DNA of 64,000 nucleotides. Origin: Sphaerodactylus townsendi. Taxonomy: Eukaryota. The DNA lies in assembly GCF_021028975.2 (NCBI RefSeq), contig NC_059426.1:44826001-44890000 (forward strand), written 5' to 3'. This document shows positions 1 through 12,588 of this stretch, piece by piece (positions within the stretch are counted from its first letter, which is position 1; each line of letters opens with the position of its first letter). Position numbers and translations under genes: made by a program. The notes under the pieces were generated by a model that did no database searches, had not been told where the DNA came from, and was given only the letters and a program-made list of their open reading frames with translations.

Positions 1-2114
1 TTCAGTTTCAGCAATTTTGGTTTGAAAATTCCCATTTCAATTTTGGTTGTGCAATTTGACCCTGGGAGTCTTTATTTGGGAGTCCTTCTTGTTTCCTTAT
101 GTTGAATCCCATGCCCCTACTCCCTCCACCATTTGATGTTTTCTTGGAAGTAAGTTCGTCAGAGTTCATTGGAACTTACTCCTTAGTATGTACATATGAT
201 TACAACTTTAGATTGGGTAAGCATAGGATGGGGCAAGAATTGCAGCAAACCACCATAAAAGAGAATCCTATGCATGGGATACATTCACTGCTGGACTGGA
301 CCTCAGGAAAATGTCTCCCAAATGAGCACTCCCCAACATTAACATATTTCATGCAAATGCAAAACCAGTGTGAAAGTGAAAGAAGCAGAGTACAACTTTC
401 TCCCTGCCATGCCATCTTTTGTATGGTCAGCGAGTATTTCCCATGATATTGAGAGCATTCAAGGCTTTAATTTTCCCATCCATTGTTGGGAATGATACAG
501 CTTAGCAGCAGATATATCTAACAAGATATTTTTGTATTGGAAGAGGAAGGGAAAGTGATAAACTGAAGCTGAGAGACAAGCAGTTTCTGGGGACTGAGAG
601 GAACAATCTGCTAGAAGCTCTGGAAAAGGATTGCAGATCTGAGAATTTGAGAAATGGAGTGGGTAAATATTCTTTTTGCCTCCTGTAAGGTAGCTTTGCC
701 TCCTGTGCAGTAGCTGTGAGGCAGTTGGGAAATGTTTGATGATGGGACTGTTCATGGTTTGTCTGTCTGGTCTAACATAGGGATGCTATAGGAGTACTGA
801 GTATATGAAATACAACATCCCACACATTTCTAAGTGTAACGACAATCACACTTCCCATTTTGTCCAGAACAAAACAAAACATTTTTTGTTTTCTTAACAC
901 ATCTGTGTGGCAATCACGAGTGGTTCCCATGATCTGAAATAGAAGCCACTGGAGGTCCACTTCTTACAACCCTTCTGTTTTATCTATCGTGAAGTTAGCT
1001 TCCCATTGCTAAACATATTCTAAACATTTTCTGAATCCATCTCCAAAGTTTTGACACAAAGAACTGGAACAGTAGGTATATTAAAGTCAAGTCAAGTGGC
1101 TTTATTTTTACAGACCTGTCAGCTTAAACTGTTGTTGGTCTTTTTCCCCCCTTGGCCATCTTTAAAAAATTAAAAAGAGAGAGAGAGAGAAGGATGGTTT
1201 ATTCTTTAATTTATTTTTCCTTAAATCCAACTTTTCATAACCTGACTGATGAATCCGGCTTTAAAAAAAAAATCTCTTTGGAGGAAGAACACTCCAGGAC
1301 TTCTCTTGGACTTATGTTGAAAAATAAGATACCAATTTCACTGAATGCCAAAAAGTCATACAGGAGGAAAAGACTAAAAACAAACAAGTCAAACCTCCTC
1401 TGTGTCATGTTCTAAGGTGCCATGGACACCCATTGTTTAGTGATATGCAGTATGCTCCAGTTCAGTGCTTTTCCTTTTTATATTAGCCTTTGTGTCAACA
1501 AAAGAATGTAGACAGAATTTTGCAGAAAGTAGGAAAGTGATAAAAAATACTGTTACTTTCTTTATGTTTATATTTTCTACAGCCCAGCCTTGATTTGCTC
1601 CTTATTTAAGCAACATTTTCTTGATAAATTAAAAAAGCTGCAATAGCCATTACNNNNNNNNNNNNNNNNNNNNNNNNNNNNNNNNNNNNNNNNNNNNNNN
1701 NNNNNNNNNNNNNNNNNNNNNNNNNNNNNNNNNNNNNNNNNNNNNNNNNNNNNNNNNNNNNNNNNNNNNNNNNNNNNNNNNNNNNNNNNNNNNNNNNNNN
1801 NACACCTTCAGGGAATATCTTAAATGAAGNNNNNNNNNNNNNNNNNNNNNNNNNNNNNNNNNNNNNNNNNNNNNNNNNNNNNNNNNNNNNNNNNNNNNNN
1901 NNNNNNNNNNNNNNNNNNNNNNNNNNNNNNNNNNNNNNNNNNNNNNNNNNNNNNNNNNNNNNNNNNNNNNNNNNNNNNNNNNNNNNNNNNNNNNNNNNNN
2001 NCCTGGCTCTACCCCCCTTCTTATCTGTACATAATTATTATTTTCATTAATCAGACACGCAAACCCTTTCCTCTTATGACAGCCCCAGCTGGAGTTGAAT
2101 GAAATCGTACCTGT

Positions 2115-2128
2115 GTTGCTGGGGCAAC
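2115..2128. promoter_or_regulatory. RFX X-box-like motif in a repeat-free block
   Basis: GTTGCTGGGGCAAC fits the 14-bp palindromic RFX X-box (GTTGCC-NN-GGCAAC type); a second half-site-like GCTAAGCAAC lies at 2181-2190. Confidence 0.35.
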
Positions 2129-2919
2129 TTCAAAGAAACTCATTAAAGAAAGGTGCAACCTGACAATTAGCCAAGGCTATGCTAAGCAACGGCTACATTT
2201 ATGCTGTAATATATGCCCGTCGTACAGAAACAGAATTCATTGGGAATGTACAACTAATTGCAGTTATAAGCCACGTTTGCTAATACAGTTGAGTGGCCAA
2301 CTTTCCATATTCCATAAGTTCAGTTATAACCGTTGTCAACACAGGCTTAAGTAGGTTTCAGAAGTTGTGCACAACTTATTTCTGACTGCACAGTTTACAT
2401 TTAGATGATACCCCCCCCCCCCCTTACCCTCAGCTGTTTCGTTCACAGGTTTTTTTTCCTTTGGATTTGTAACCACAATTTTACAGCGAGAAATTCCCTT
2501 GGCTGGCATCAGTTGCATTCAGACATTGACGAATGTCTTTTTCCACAAGAGCTGGTGTTGCATAGAGCTGACATGCTGTAGCTGTATTGTACAACTCTGA
2601 CATGGTCTGCTAGAAGCGTTGAATACCATTGGGGAGCTTGCTGAGATACGTTGCAATGATACACTGAATTATATTATTGATTAATAATTACTTTTTTAAA
2701 AGTCGAAAAGGTTCCAAATTTTTAAAGCATACATGCCCAAAATGTTTTCATGTAAAATATGGATAGACTAGCAGTAAAGCCCAATTTTTGAACAAAGAAA
2801 ATGGGTTCTAGACAACTCTTGGGGGTTACGCGCACTTATTGAGTGGGGCAAGCCACTCTTTCTTTTCCCCTTGGTCAATGTTTGATATTTCACTCCCACT
2901 CCCATTCCCACTCTGCCTG

Positions 2920-2921
<2 letters not shown>

Positions 2922-2968
<47 letters not shown>
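2922..2968. repeat. (CT)n microsatellite
   Basis: Uninterrupted CT dinucleotide run. Confidence 0.97.
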
Positions 2969-2971
<3 letters not shown>

Positions 2972-3489
2972 CCTCACATACACACATGCATTCCCATCCC
3001 CAAGGTGGTGGCTCTGCTTCCAACAATTGATTCTTCTTTTCCCCCTTTATTCTTTTTCTGCTCTGTGTTCTATCCTTGTCCTTCTCCACCATGTGTGCAG
3101 GCTCTGCACTTGGTTTGTCTCCTGGCTCAAAATGTTGCCTCAGGTCCATATCTTGATCAAAGGGGTGGAGGAAAGAAAGGTGGGAGGGAATGAAAAAGTG
3201 ACCATCATGGAGAGAAAGGAATGGGGAAGGCAGCCAGGAAACAGAAATGGAATGGGCGGAGGAAGGGAGAGTGGGAGGGAGGGTATGAAAAGCAGCCACT
3301 TTTTGGTTATGAAGCACTGGGATTGTGTCACAGTGACTGACTGGAAGTGGCGAGTGAATTGTCAGGGCTGCCCATACCTTAGCAGTTGGAGCCATCACCA
3401 TTGCGTGCCTCACCCCCAAAATCACATGTGCTGGAGCTATCACATGCCTTACTGGGTAGAAGTTCATCATCACCACTCAGCAAGGCTCT

Positions 3490-3755
3490 TACTCAATTAT
3501 ATGTCCCCCTCTCTGGGAGGGTTTTTATTGAGGGCTTTAATGTTGGACGCTGGAATTTTTGTATTCTGTATGAAACACTGTATTTAATGGGTTTTAGTAT
3601 TCTATGGTTTATGGAGCCTATATTATTTATTTTAAATTTGTAATTTATTATGTGCTCCATCTGTTTGTTGTCGTATTATGTTGTCCACCGCCCAGAGCCC
3701 TTCGGGGGAGGGGCGGTATATAAAATCAATAATAAATTAAATAAATAAATAAATA
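3490..3755 (+). mobile_element. L2-type LINE 3' end
   Basis: T-rich 3' UTR ending in CCGCCCAGAGCCCTTCGGGGGAGGGGCGGTATATAAA and a (TAAA)n tail; the same terminus recurs at 5936, 20425 and 27855. Confidence 0.7.
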
Positions 3756-3804
3756 TATGTTTATAAATGTATACACAGAATATTGATCATTTCTCCCAAT
3801 GGAA

Positions 3805-3960
3805 ACCCTAAGTGGGTTTTACCCCGTTCTCCTTTCATCCATTTTATCCTTACAACAACAACTTTGTGATGTAAGTTAGACTGAGAGTGACTAGCCTAAA
3901 GACACCCAGAACGCTTCCATGGGAAAGTGTGGATTCAAACCTAGAGTCTCCCAGATTCTA
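3805..3960 (-). mobile_element. Degenerate tRNA/CORE SINE (Squam3-like)
   Basis: CCATTTTATCCTTACAACAAC...GTTAGACTGAGAGTG...GGATTCAAACC (reverse B-box); similar to the copies at 6130 and 14658. Confidence 0.6.
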
Positions 3961-4617
3961 CAAAAAGAGGCTTATGACTGTAGCTTTGGATTGCACAACT
4001 AGTGTGGCTTCAGAATACCATGTTTCTCACATGATGAGTGCCACTATTATGTAAAATAGTTTGGTTACTTGAAGCATTCATTATTAGCTCTTACAGTCCA
4101 GAGAAGAGAAGTGAAGGGACTTGCAGGTGTCTACCTCACCAGCACAAGTGGCAAATGTACTGGCAGAAGGGGCAAATAGGGCAGCAGGCGCTGCCACACA
4201 GCTCAGTGGCACCTGATCTGGAATCAGCCTCTGGACACCAGTGCAGCTGGGGGTGGACTAGGGATGTTCCTGGAGGTGGAGCTGACCTTAGGTGCAGGCC
4301 TCCAATGTATGCCACACAAAAGGGTGACATAAATGTATTTGCCACATTGGGGGCTTTTCAGGTGGCTGGGGATTTTCAGGCATTTGCTGCCTTCCTGTGC
4401 CATCTGGAAGCCCTTTGGATTAGGCTGTTAGTAATTTATCACACTTATACTAGGCTCATCTGGAGAACTCCCAGTGTCTTATTTATGGATACCCTTTCCA
4501 AGTTGTTCCAAACTGCATATAAGTCTAAAATCTGCTTAGCTTTAGCATCAGAACTGTGACTTTGCTTTCAGATTATTCTACAGGAATACTAATAGTGATG
4601 ATTAATGGCAGGGGGAG

Positions 4618-4751
4618 CAGTGGTGGGATTTAGCAGGTTCGCACCACTTCGGCAGAACCACTTGTTGCAATGGTGCTTGTAAACAACCAGTCGTTAAATT
4701 ATTTGAATCCCACCACTAGAACCGGTTGTTAAATTATTTGAATCCCACCAC
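4618..4751 (+). mobile_element. hAT MITE, CAGTGGTGGGATT family
   Basis: TIR CAGTGGTGGGATT...AATCCCACCAC (terminal TG missing), 8-bp TSD AGGGGGAG; near-identical to 30460 and 61410. Confidence 0.85.
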
Positions 4752-5935
4752 AGGGGGAGGGTCATTGTCAGATGGCAGTGATTGGTCACTGCTTAGGGAA
4801 TTATATATGGTAAGATGAGATGACTATCGGACCCCAGTTTTAGTCCAGTAGTTCCTGTGGCACTCTGCCCCTTAATTGTGCGATCATAAGCAGTTACACC
4901 TTTTTTAGGTCCATTGAAGCCATTAGAATGAGAAGGGAATAATTTTCCTTATTTCAGTCCTGGCCTATCCAGAGATGGAAAAGTTTTTTTCAGGGAGGGT
5001 TGTCTGTCTTGCTGCTCCTTGATATTAATGTAGGGCAGCAGAACACAGCAGCCAAGTTCTGCCATCTGGGATGCTTAATTGTTAAGCTAGAAAGAAAGGG
5101 GAGAGGTTAACGAGAGTGGAATTAAGTGGCTTGTTGTCTCTTCATCCATACCTGAAATATATTTCTGGCTGAGTCCAACGAGAAATGTACCTTGTAATAC
5201 AAAAACCTTTCCAGAAAGCTATGATAAATGCATGTAACTCTAACAGCTACTCTGGCTCTTTAACTATTCAGTGGGACATAATGACTCATGTGCCAGCACA
5301 GCTATTGCAGAAAGTAGCCCAGGTGGAATGGGCTTCATGCTGGCTTATAGGTGTTGTACATCACTATGGTTCTGCATTGTATATGGGCAGGAAATTTAAT
5401 AACAGAGGTGCATCTTGAAAACAGCTTCAGTCCCTCAATAAAATATGAAAGATTCATGTATTATACATACGTATGATAAATAAATTATACCTGTAGGATA
5501 TGTGTATGTATTCACTTTCTTAATAACGGGTGGAAATGTTATCTAATCTGCATTGCCCTTTGACCTATATAAGAGTCTTCATGACATTGTAGGGAAAGCA
5601 TGGTGGATGTATTGCTTTTGTTCCCAAACTTAACTATCATGGACTAATTAAGCGACTCAACAGTGCAGGCTAAATATCAAAGCCGCTCAGGAAAATAAAA
5701 ATCAAATGTGCTGAGTAAGTGCTGGGTTTTAAACAGTACAGGCAAGGCTGCCTGCACTACAAAACATATTCCTTACAACTGCCCTTGATTGAAGNNNNNN
5801 NNNNNNNNNNNNNNNNNNNNNNNNNNNNNNNNNNNNNNNNNNNNNNNNNNNNNNNNNNNNNNNNNNNNNNNNNNNNNNNNNNNNNNNNNNNNNNNNNNNN
5901 NNNNNNNNNNNNNNNNNNNNNNNNNNNNNNNNNNN

Positions 5936-6100
5936 ACCCCCGAAGGGCTCAGGGCAGTTCACAAAACAATCTAACACTTAAATACATCAGATAGTTTCAA
6001 TTAAAACAATAAATAAATTAAACATTAAAACACTAGCAGCAGTAATCTTCCACAATTAAAATAAGTAGGTGATGTCCGGCATTAACCCCCCGGGAGGGGA
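5936..6100 (-). mobile_element. L2-type LINE 3' end abutting an N-gap
   Basis: Reverse complement resembles the copy at 20280-20485 (CCGGACATCACC...GAGCCC). Confidence 0.65.
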
Positions 6101-6129
6101 CTGGCATCATTCAAATTCAAGATGCTTGT

Positions 6130-6352
6130 TTCATATTTATTTTATTTTAATTACCGTATACCGTGTCTTTTTCCCCAGCATCTTATGCTGTCCACCTCTC
6201 CTCCATTTTATCTTCACAATAATCCTGTGAGGCAGGTTTGGCTGAGGGTGTGTGACTGACTCAAAGGTAGACTTCCATGGTAGAATGCACATTCAAAACT
6301 GGGTCTCCCAGATCCTGTGGTTTGACACTATAACTAGTCAACCATACTGACT
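6130..6352 (-). mobile_element. tRNA/CORE SINE (Squam3-like), old copy
   Basis: TTTATT tail, CCATTTTATCTTCACAATAATCCTGTGAGG core, degenerate tRNA head at the right end. Confidence 0.7.
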
Positions 6353-6640
6353 CTCAAGTCCTATCAAAGCTGAAAGGGAATTAAAGGCAATCCATTCTTC
6401 TTGCTTTGAGATGGGGTTTACCCCATCAGCCTAGATAAACTAGATTGCCTTCCAAACTGCTGTGTGACACCATGTAGAATAACAGTATGGAAAACACTTA
6501 AACAGCAAATGCCACCAGGTAATTTCATCCACTGAGGCATGATAAAAATACAATAGACTTGGAGGGATATTCAGAAACTTCATTTTAATCAACAATATTG
6601 TAAATAGTAGTAGACCTCAGAAGAGAGCTTTACTAAAATG

Positions 6641-6805
6641 AATCCAGAGGGGTAGCTATATTAGTCAATTATAGTAAAAATAAACAGGAGTCTTGCGGCA
6701 CCTTCAAGACTGACTAAATTTTGTTCCAGCCTATGCATTTGTGGACCACAGACCATTCCTTCAATGCTAAGATATTATTTTCATATTCTTAGCATCTGAA
6801 GAAAT
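6641..6805. mobile_element. Degenerate inverted Penelope pseudo-LTR remnant
   Basis: Resembles the reptile Penelope terminal repeat (TAGCT..TTAGTC...GGCACCTTCAAGACT); inverted junction ATGCTAAGA...TCTTAGCAT followed by CTGAAGA and cut by the insertion at 6807. Confidence 0.55.
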
Positions 6806-6806
6806 G

Positions 6807-7300
6807 CAGTGGCATATTTGCCTAGGGATAGGGGGTACCCTCTGTCCTCAGGTGCCATTGATCTGGTCACACGAGGGGTGCAAAATTGGGCCCCCACGTG
6901 ACCAGGAAAATGGCAAAGCAGCAGGACTTCCTGCTGCCTTGCCATCTTCCTGGTCACGTGGGGGCCCAATTTTGTCATCTTCTGGCACCCTTGGCCCCAC
7001 CCATGTCATCATTGACATGGACAGGGCCAAGGAAGCCAGAGGACCCCCCAAGCCTCGCCCCCTCCCAGCTGCCAGCTCCCCCCAAGCCCCCTCACCCTCC
7101 CAGCTCTGAGCTGGCAGCCCCTTCTGCCCTCCCCTCTGGGGATGACAGAAGCAACTGGAAGGATCCGTGCTGGGGCCTTTGCTTTTATAAGCTCAGGAGT
7201 GTGTGGCCCCATCCCTCAGGGATGCAGCCCCACTCCCAAGCTTATAAAAGCAAAGGCCCCACTAGAGAGCCTTCCAGTTGCTTCTGTCCTCCCCAGAGGA
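6807..7300. mobile_element. GC-rich hAT-like non-autonomous element with two long internal hairpins
   Basis: Starts CAGTGGCATA (compare the CAGTGGCGTAG TIRs at 16048 and 61609); hairpins at 6881-6974 and 7133-7299; right end replaced by L2 sequence. Confidence 0.55.
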
Positions 7301-7302
7301 CC

Positions 7303-7790
7303 CATTGTGGTACATGCCATAGTAACATCTAGATTAGATTAATGCAATGTGCTCTACATAGAGCTGTCCTTGAAGCTATTTAGAAGCCACAGTTAATACA
7401 GAATGCTGCAGCCAGAATGTTGGCTGGAGTGAGTCACAGGGACTACATGACTGTTTCATCAACACTGACTCACAATTTGCTTCCAGGCTCAATTCAAAGT
7501 GCTGATACTGACCATTAAATCCCCATATTGCTTGGGGCAAGCATAGTTTAATGAATGCCTTCTCTCATATCAAGGTACTGATTCACTCATCTTTGGAGGC
7601 CCTGTTCCAGGTATCCTTGCCATTTGAGCCTAAACAGGTAGCAACCTAAGACGGAGACTTGTTCATGACACCCAAATGTAACTGCCTCCCTAGGGAAATT
7701 TGTCTGTCTCCTTTTATTATTGTCTTCAACTAGCAGGGAAAAATTTTTTGTTTTGTTTTGTTTGGCATACTCCCAATAACAGTTATTTGC
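7303..7790 (+). mobile_element. L2 LINE ORF2 C-terminal fragment (decayed)
   Basis: Translates with frameshifts to VHAIVTSRLD*..QNAAARML..FQAQFKVLILT, the typical L2 post-RT motif. Confidence 0.8.
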
Positions 7791-8739
7791 CCATTCTCCT
7801 GGTTTTGGTGTTTTGCATGTTTCCATCAGCAAAAATTTTTCAGGTTCAGGTTTAATAGACCTGACAATTTTTGAAAAACCAAAAAAGTCAATAGGGGAAA
7901 AGTCAATAGGGGAATTCAGCTTTTTCGGGGTTTTCTGAACATTTCTAAAATTTCAACCCCAAAAAATGCCAGAATAACAAATGCTGAAACCTCTAGTTTC
8001 TATATTTTTATTGGGTTATTTTATATATACTTCATTTACATACTGTTTCAATATTTTGATGTTTGCTGTCTTGGGGACTCCATTTGGATAAAAAGGCAGC
8101 ACTGAAATGTTTTACATAAATAACATGGAAATATGGAGAACCATAGAACATTCAGTGTAGGTTGTGCAATTTCTACAGACCCCATGACTCCTTGCCCGCC
8201 ATGTGCGCTTCTAGGAAATGGATTGGTCCTGGGACTAGCAAATTTACTCTGTGGCATGCAAAAAATTAGATGCTACCAGTGAGCCCATATGATTCTCTGC
8301 AAAACTAAGGTTGCTGCTCTGTTACAGAATAAGAAATCCTCTGTTAAACCAGAAGGAAATGACATCTTATGCATGTGAGCATACTATCAGTAGTACTTTA
8401 TTAGAAAGCAGTATTTACATTAAAATTTGGGGTTCCCATCATGGAATATTTTGTCTTTTCCATAAGTACCTAAAACAATAGTTAATAAGAAACTAGTCCT
8501 TAAAAGCAAGACCAAATAGTACGCCTAAACAAACCCTGTGTCTGTAATGCATTTCTGTGTTCTCTCTTTGCTGGAAATTTCTTAAATCACAGTTTTACTT
8601 ATTCACTGCAATTTGTGTTAGATGTTTGTTCTGGTTGTCAGATCTGGCTTTTCTTTGCCTTGACTCAGGAGATGCCATCACAGTGCCTCCAGCGCAGAAC
8701 CTGCATAATGAACTTATGCAACTCACTGCTGAGGGATGC

Positions 8740-9218
8740 GGTGATAGCTGCCATTCAGATGGTTTTGAGAGGAGATGAGACATATTCATGGAAGCCCATT
8801 AATAGCTATTAGTCATGATACATACAACTTCCATGGTTAGAGATGGTATATCTCTGTATGCCAGTTCCTTGGAGGCAACAACAGGGGGAAAGCTGGTCTG
8901 GGAAAGTGTAGTACTATGATCTGGAAGACCTAGGTTCAAATTTCCACTTTGCAAGAAAGTTCACTGGGTAACCTTGGACCGGCCGCTGTCTTATTCCTTA
9001 ACCCACTCTTACAGTGTTGTGGCATAAGTAAAATGGACAACTGGTATGCATCGTCTTGAACTCCTTGGAAAAAAAGTAGGATGAAAATGGAGTAAATAAA
9101 TGTGAATGTTTGTGTCCTTGAGCTCTGCATCCATGCTACGACATCTAGTTGGCTGCTGAGGAAAACAAAATGCTGCACTGGGTAGACTGTTGGCCTGATC
9201 CAGCTGTTATTTTCTTAT
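8740..9218 (+). mobile_element. CR1 3' UTR fragment interrupted by a SINE (~8905-9100)
   Basis: Ends GGCCTGATCCAGC...TTCTTATG like the CR1 at 28934; internal SINE with GATCTGGAAGACCTAGGTTCAAAT and a TAAA tail. Confidence 0.6.
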
Positions 9219-10315
9219 GCTCCCATTACTTTTGCCTCCAGCAGCATGGTATATAACAGACCTACTAGCACAGTGGAAGCTGCTATTCCAGATAAAGCCT
9301 ATTCCAGATCACTGTCGCCAAGATAGCTATCTCATAAATTGTTGTCCTGAAACAAGAGCTCATAAGATCTGCAAAAGTATTCCTAGTACAGAGCTTTATA
9401 TACCTGTTGCTCCCAAAGTCACTGCAGGGTCATATTGTCTGTTCTGCAGTGCATAAGAGACATGCATTCATTATCTTCCAAAACCTCATTAAAGTGGCTT
9501 TAATGTGGTGACTACTTGAGGGCAGACAAAACTTTAATCTTGTGAACATCAGGCACACCTGTGTTACATTTCCTCTTGGGGATAGTTAGCAGAAGCAGGT
9601 TAACATGCTATTTAAGGCCCCAGTCTGCTGACTTAGTATAGAAACCAGACTTGTATCCATTACCTTGCTTTGAACTCAAGTTTGACTACCTTCCCCTCTA
9701 ATTCAACAAGCACATTGTTTTCGTAAACCATATGCTATACTTGGCATTTTTAATCATCTGTTTAAATTTGCACTTTTTTTCACTTGGATCAGTTATTTGA
9801 AGGTTACATTTAAGACGTACATTTGTCCTATTTTCCCTTACTCTGACCTAGATTCAGATTTACGCACTGTGAAATAACTAATAAATCCTTATTAAGGTTG
9901 TAAAAGGTGAGAGTTCAACCAATGTGCAAGTCATCAAGTTATAATGTAAAACTGAATGATCCTCAATTATAGCTTCAGTTTTTTTTAAGAGTGTGGGAGA
10001 GAAGAAATCCACTGATTCTTAGGATGCTTTTACTGAGAGGATTCATTTTCAGTTGCTTAAAACAAAGATGTCAAACCCCATTACTTGCAGTATCATTAGC
10101 TACCGCAACACCAATCACAAGAAGCAGTTTGGGAATAACAATTCCCTGCCATTCAAAAGAGCTCCTGGATCAAGTTGACACAACATATAAATAAAGTAAT
10201 ATTACAGAGATTCCCCTTATTGTTCTGAGAACTGGGCATGGTCCAGGAGCATGTGGTACAATTATTTTCACACATTATGATGCCCACATGGCCAGTTGAC
10301 ATGTATGGTCTAGGT

Positions 10316-10501
10316 CAGTGGTTCTCAACCTTCCTAATGCTGCGACCCTTTAATACAGTTCCTCATTTTGTGGTGACCCCCAACCCTAACATTTATCCAT
10401 TTTACAGATGGAGAACACTGATGCAGAGAGTCTTAGGTGACCCCTGTGAAAGGGTCATTCAATCCCCAAAGGGGTCATGACCCACAGGTTGAGAATCACT
10501 G
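10316..10501 (-). mobile_element. SPIN (Space Invader)-type hAT MITE
   Basis: TIRs CAGTGGTTCTCAACCT / AGGTTGAGAATCACTG, perfect TSD GTCTAGGT; subterminal TCCTAATGCTGCGACCCTTTAATACAGTTCCTCA and GACCCCTGTGAAAGGGTC match the SPIN/URR1 ends as I recall them. Confidence 0.9.
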
Positions 10502-12354
10502 GTCTAGGTGAATTCAGAACTCCTGAACTGAATTGAGATCACAGTGCATGACAGGAGGAGTTGAACCATGGGACAGGAAAACCCCAGGGACCTAGCTTTT
10601 GCTCCAGTGGGAGAAGTTCCATTTGTAAAGCTAAGGTTCTTCAGAGGGGCAACTAATAGCTTTCCAAGGCTATCATGGGTCAATAAAAGAATGCAGTTGG
10701 AGAAATCTTAAGCACATTTTCTTTTGTATGCCATGGACCCAATCTGAATCAGGTTTGTCCCAAACTCTCAGAACCATATGATACAAAGTCTTCATAGTCG
10801 CCCCTGATAAATAATCAGACGAAATAGTAATAACCAGACTCAGCCTTTTCAAGTTAATACTGTTAATGCAGAACATACTGTTTTGTTAGCATTCTGTACT
10901 ATGCTGAATAAAATCATAACAAACTGGACCACCAGGTCCACCTGGCATAGAAAGTGGCATATCAGATGCTGGTTAAAACAAACAACAACCATGGTTTTGC
11001 TGCCTTCTGCTGTAAACTTTGGCAAAGAGGGCCATATTCAAGCACCTGGAAGTTCCCAGGAGGTAGATACTGGCCACATGAAAAGCCCTCTGGGAATGGC
11101 ATTCTGGGAAAATAGAGCACCTGAAATTCTTGATCCTTTCAGATCTAATTTGTCAATTTCCTTTCTTGATTTTAGAAAATTCAAAGCCATTAGCATGGTA
11201 ACAATTTTAGAGAATGTTTTCACGACTCCATCGATATAGATGTACACATAGAATCCTTCAAAATGACTTCTGTCATGTTCTTTCTATGCTCCTCATTCTC
11301 AATGGGAGGTTTTGATTCCCCCCTCCACCCCCATTGAAAGCTAAGAAATGTAGCTTGTCAGTCCGACATGAGTGGGGCTCTTTTTTTAACAAGCAATAGA
11401 GAGCATTACAATGATTTACAGAGACGTGCCGAAAGTAAATTATGTTGTAAACGCCTGTCCCTTGAGTCAACAAAGAATCATGGGGAAAAAATGCAAGAAG
11501 CTTGAAATTCCCAACAGCAAAGGCTGACAGGAAAATATGGTGTTGTTTTTCTATGAGTAAAAGTAACTTTTATGCTGGGTCTTCCCATGAGAAATTAGAA
11601 ACTTTCAAAGGAATTTGGAGTCTCTTGTATGCACACATAAGAGCAATTTATCTGGTACTGCCCCAGTGAAAATGCTGTTAAGCTTCGAAAGCTGTTAGAA
11701 CTGCGGCTGAACTTCATCTAGACTGCTGCTACTTATTTGTTCTTGCTTTCTCATCCTGTCAAAACATTTACGCAGGCTTCGAAGAGTTGCAAGTTGGCAA
11801 TGTGTTAATAATATTAGAATGCATTTGTGTCGACCATGTGGCTGCAATATTTTGGTACATTCATCACTTATTTAATGCATAATGAATTTGCAAGTGTAAC
11901 TATGGAGACACACCGCCATATGCAGTAAATTAAATGAGAACTTGTCAATGTATAGAAAAATGGAGTGTCACCCAAGCTATTGTTTCCATTTGATGATGTC
12001 AATCAGTGACAAACGCTCCTTCCTTTCTGGCTTACACATATTTTACACTATGTATGGGTCATTTCTCTTCCCCGATGTCCAATATCCCACCCTTATTTTT
12101 TCTCTCCTTCGGGCTGGCTAGCAAGTAAGCATGTATTAATAATATGGATGTATATGAATATTGTTTCTTGAGCCTAGTTTTTTCTTCCACTAGATTTAAA
12201 ACATGACTTTCAGCAAGCATAGAACTGAAGAATGTATGGAAAGAGAGTTTAAGGCATATGAAACAAAGGAAGAAACTTCACAGGCAGTACTACATTCCCC
12301 TCTTTTTTGCCATCAAGTCACACCTGACTTGAGATTGGGTCACTATCCACTCAC

Positions 12355-12485
12355 CATAAGCCGCGGGGTCACCTCTTTAAAAGCCATGGGGGTCCTGGAC
12401 GCTCCCCACATCTCCGGCGCTCACTGCGCGGCTGCCAGGGATTTACCTCTCTCCCGCCTCCTGGCTGCGCGGCAAATTAGCTCCG
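12355..12485 (-). other. Candidate second or alternative 5' exon of the minus-strand gene
   Basis: Acceptor GTTGCTCTTTTTAG|CGG at 12485; donors GAG|GTAAAT (12447) and ATG|GTGAGT (12355); open frame MWGASRTPMAFKEVTPRLM up to the second donor. Confidence 0.35.
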
Positions 12486-12588
12486 CTAAAAAGAGCAACT
12501 TTTTAAAAAAAACCCGCGGGTGCCGCGGGGTTGTGGGGAACCTCGGCTGTTTGCTTGGCGGCTGATTCGCCAGACGCCGCGAGCTCAC

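Noticed and set aside
99-446. 115-aa plus-strand ORF
   Set aside because: It starts in repeat-like sequence, has no recognisable domain and has weak splice signals.
2826-3587. 216-aa and 186-aa ORFs
   Set aside because: They span a (CT)n microsatellite, a purine-rich tract and L2-derived sequence.
6725-6805. Second hammerhead in the degenerate Penelope remnant
   Set aside because: The minus-strand core is mutated (no CUGANGA or GAAA) and the plus-strand copy is truncated after CTGAAGA.
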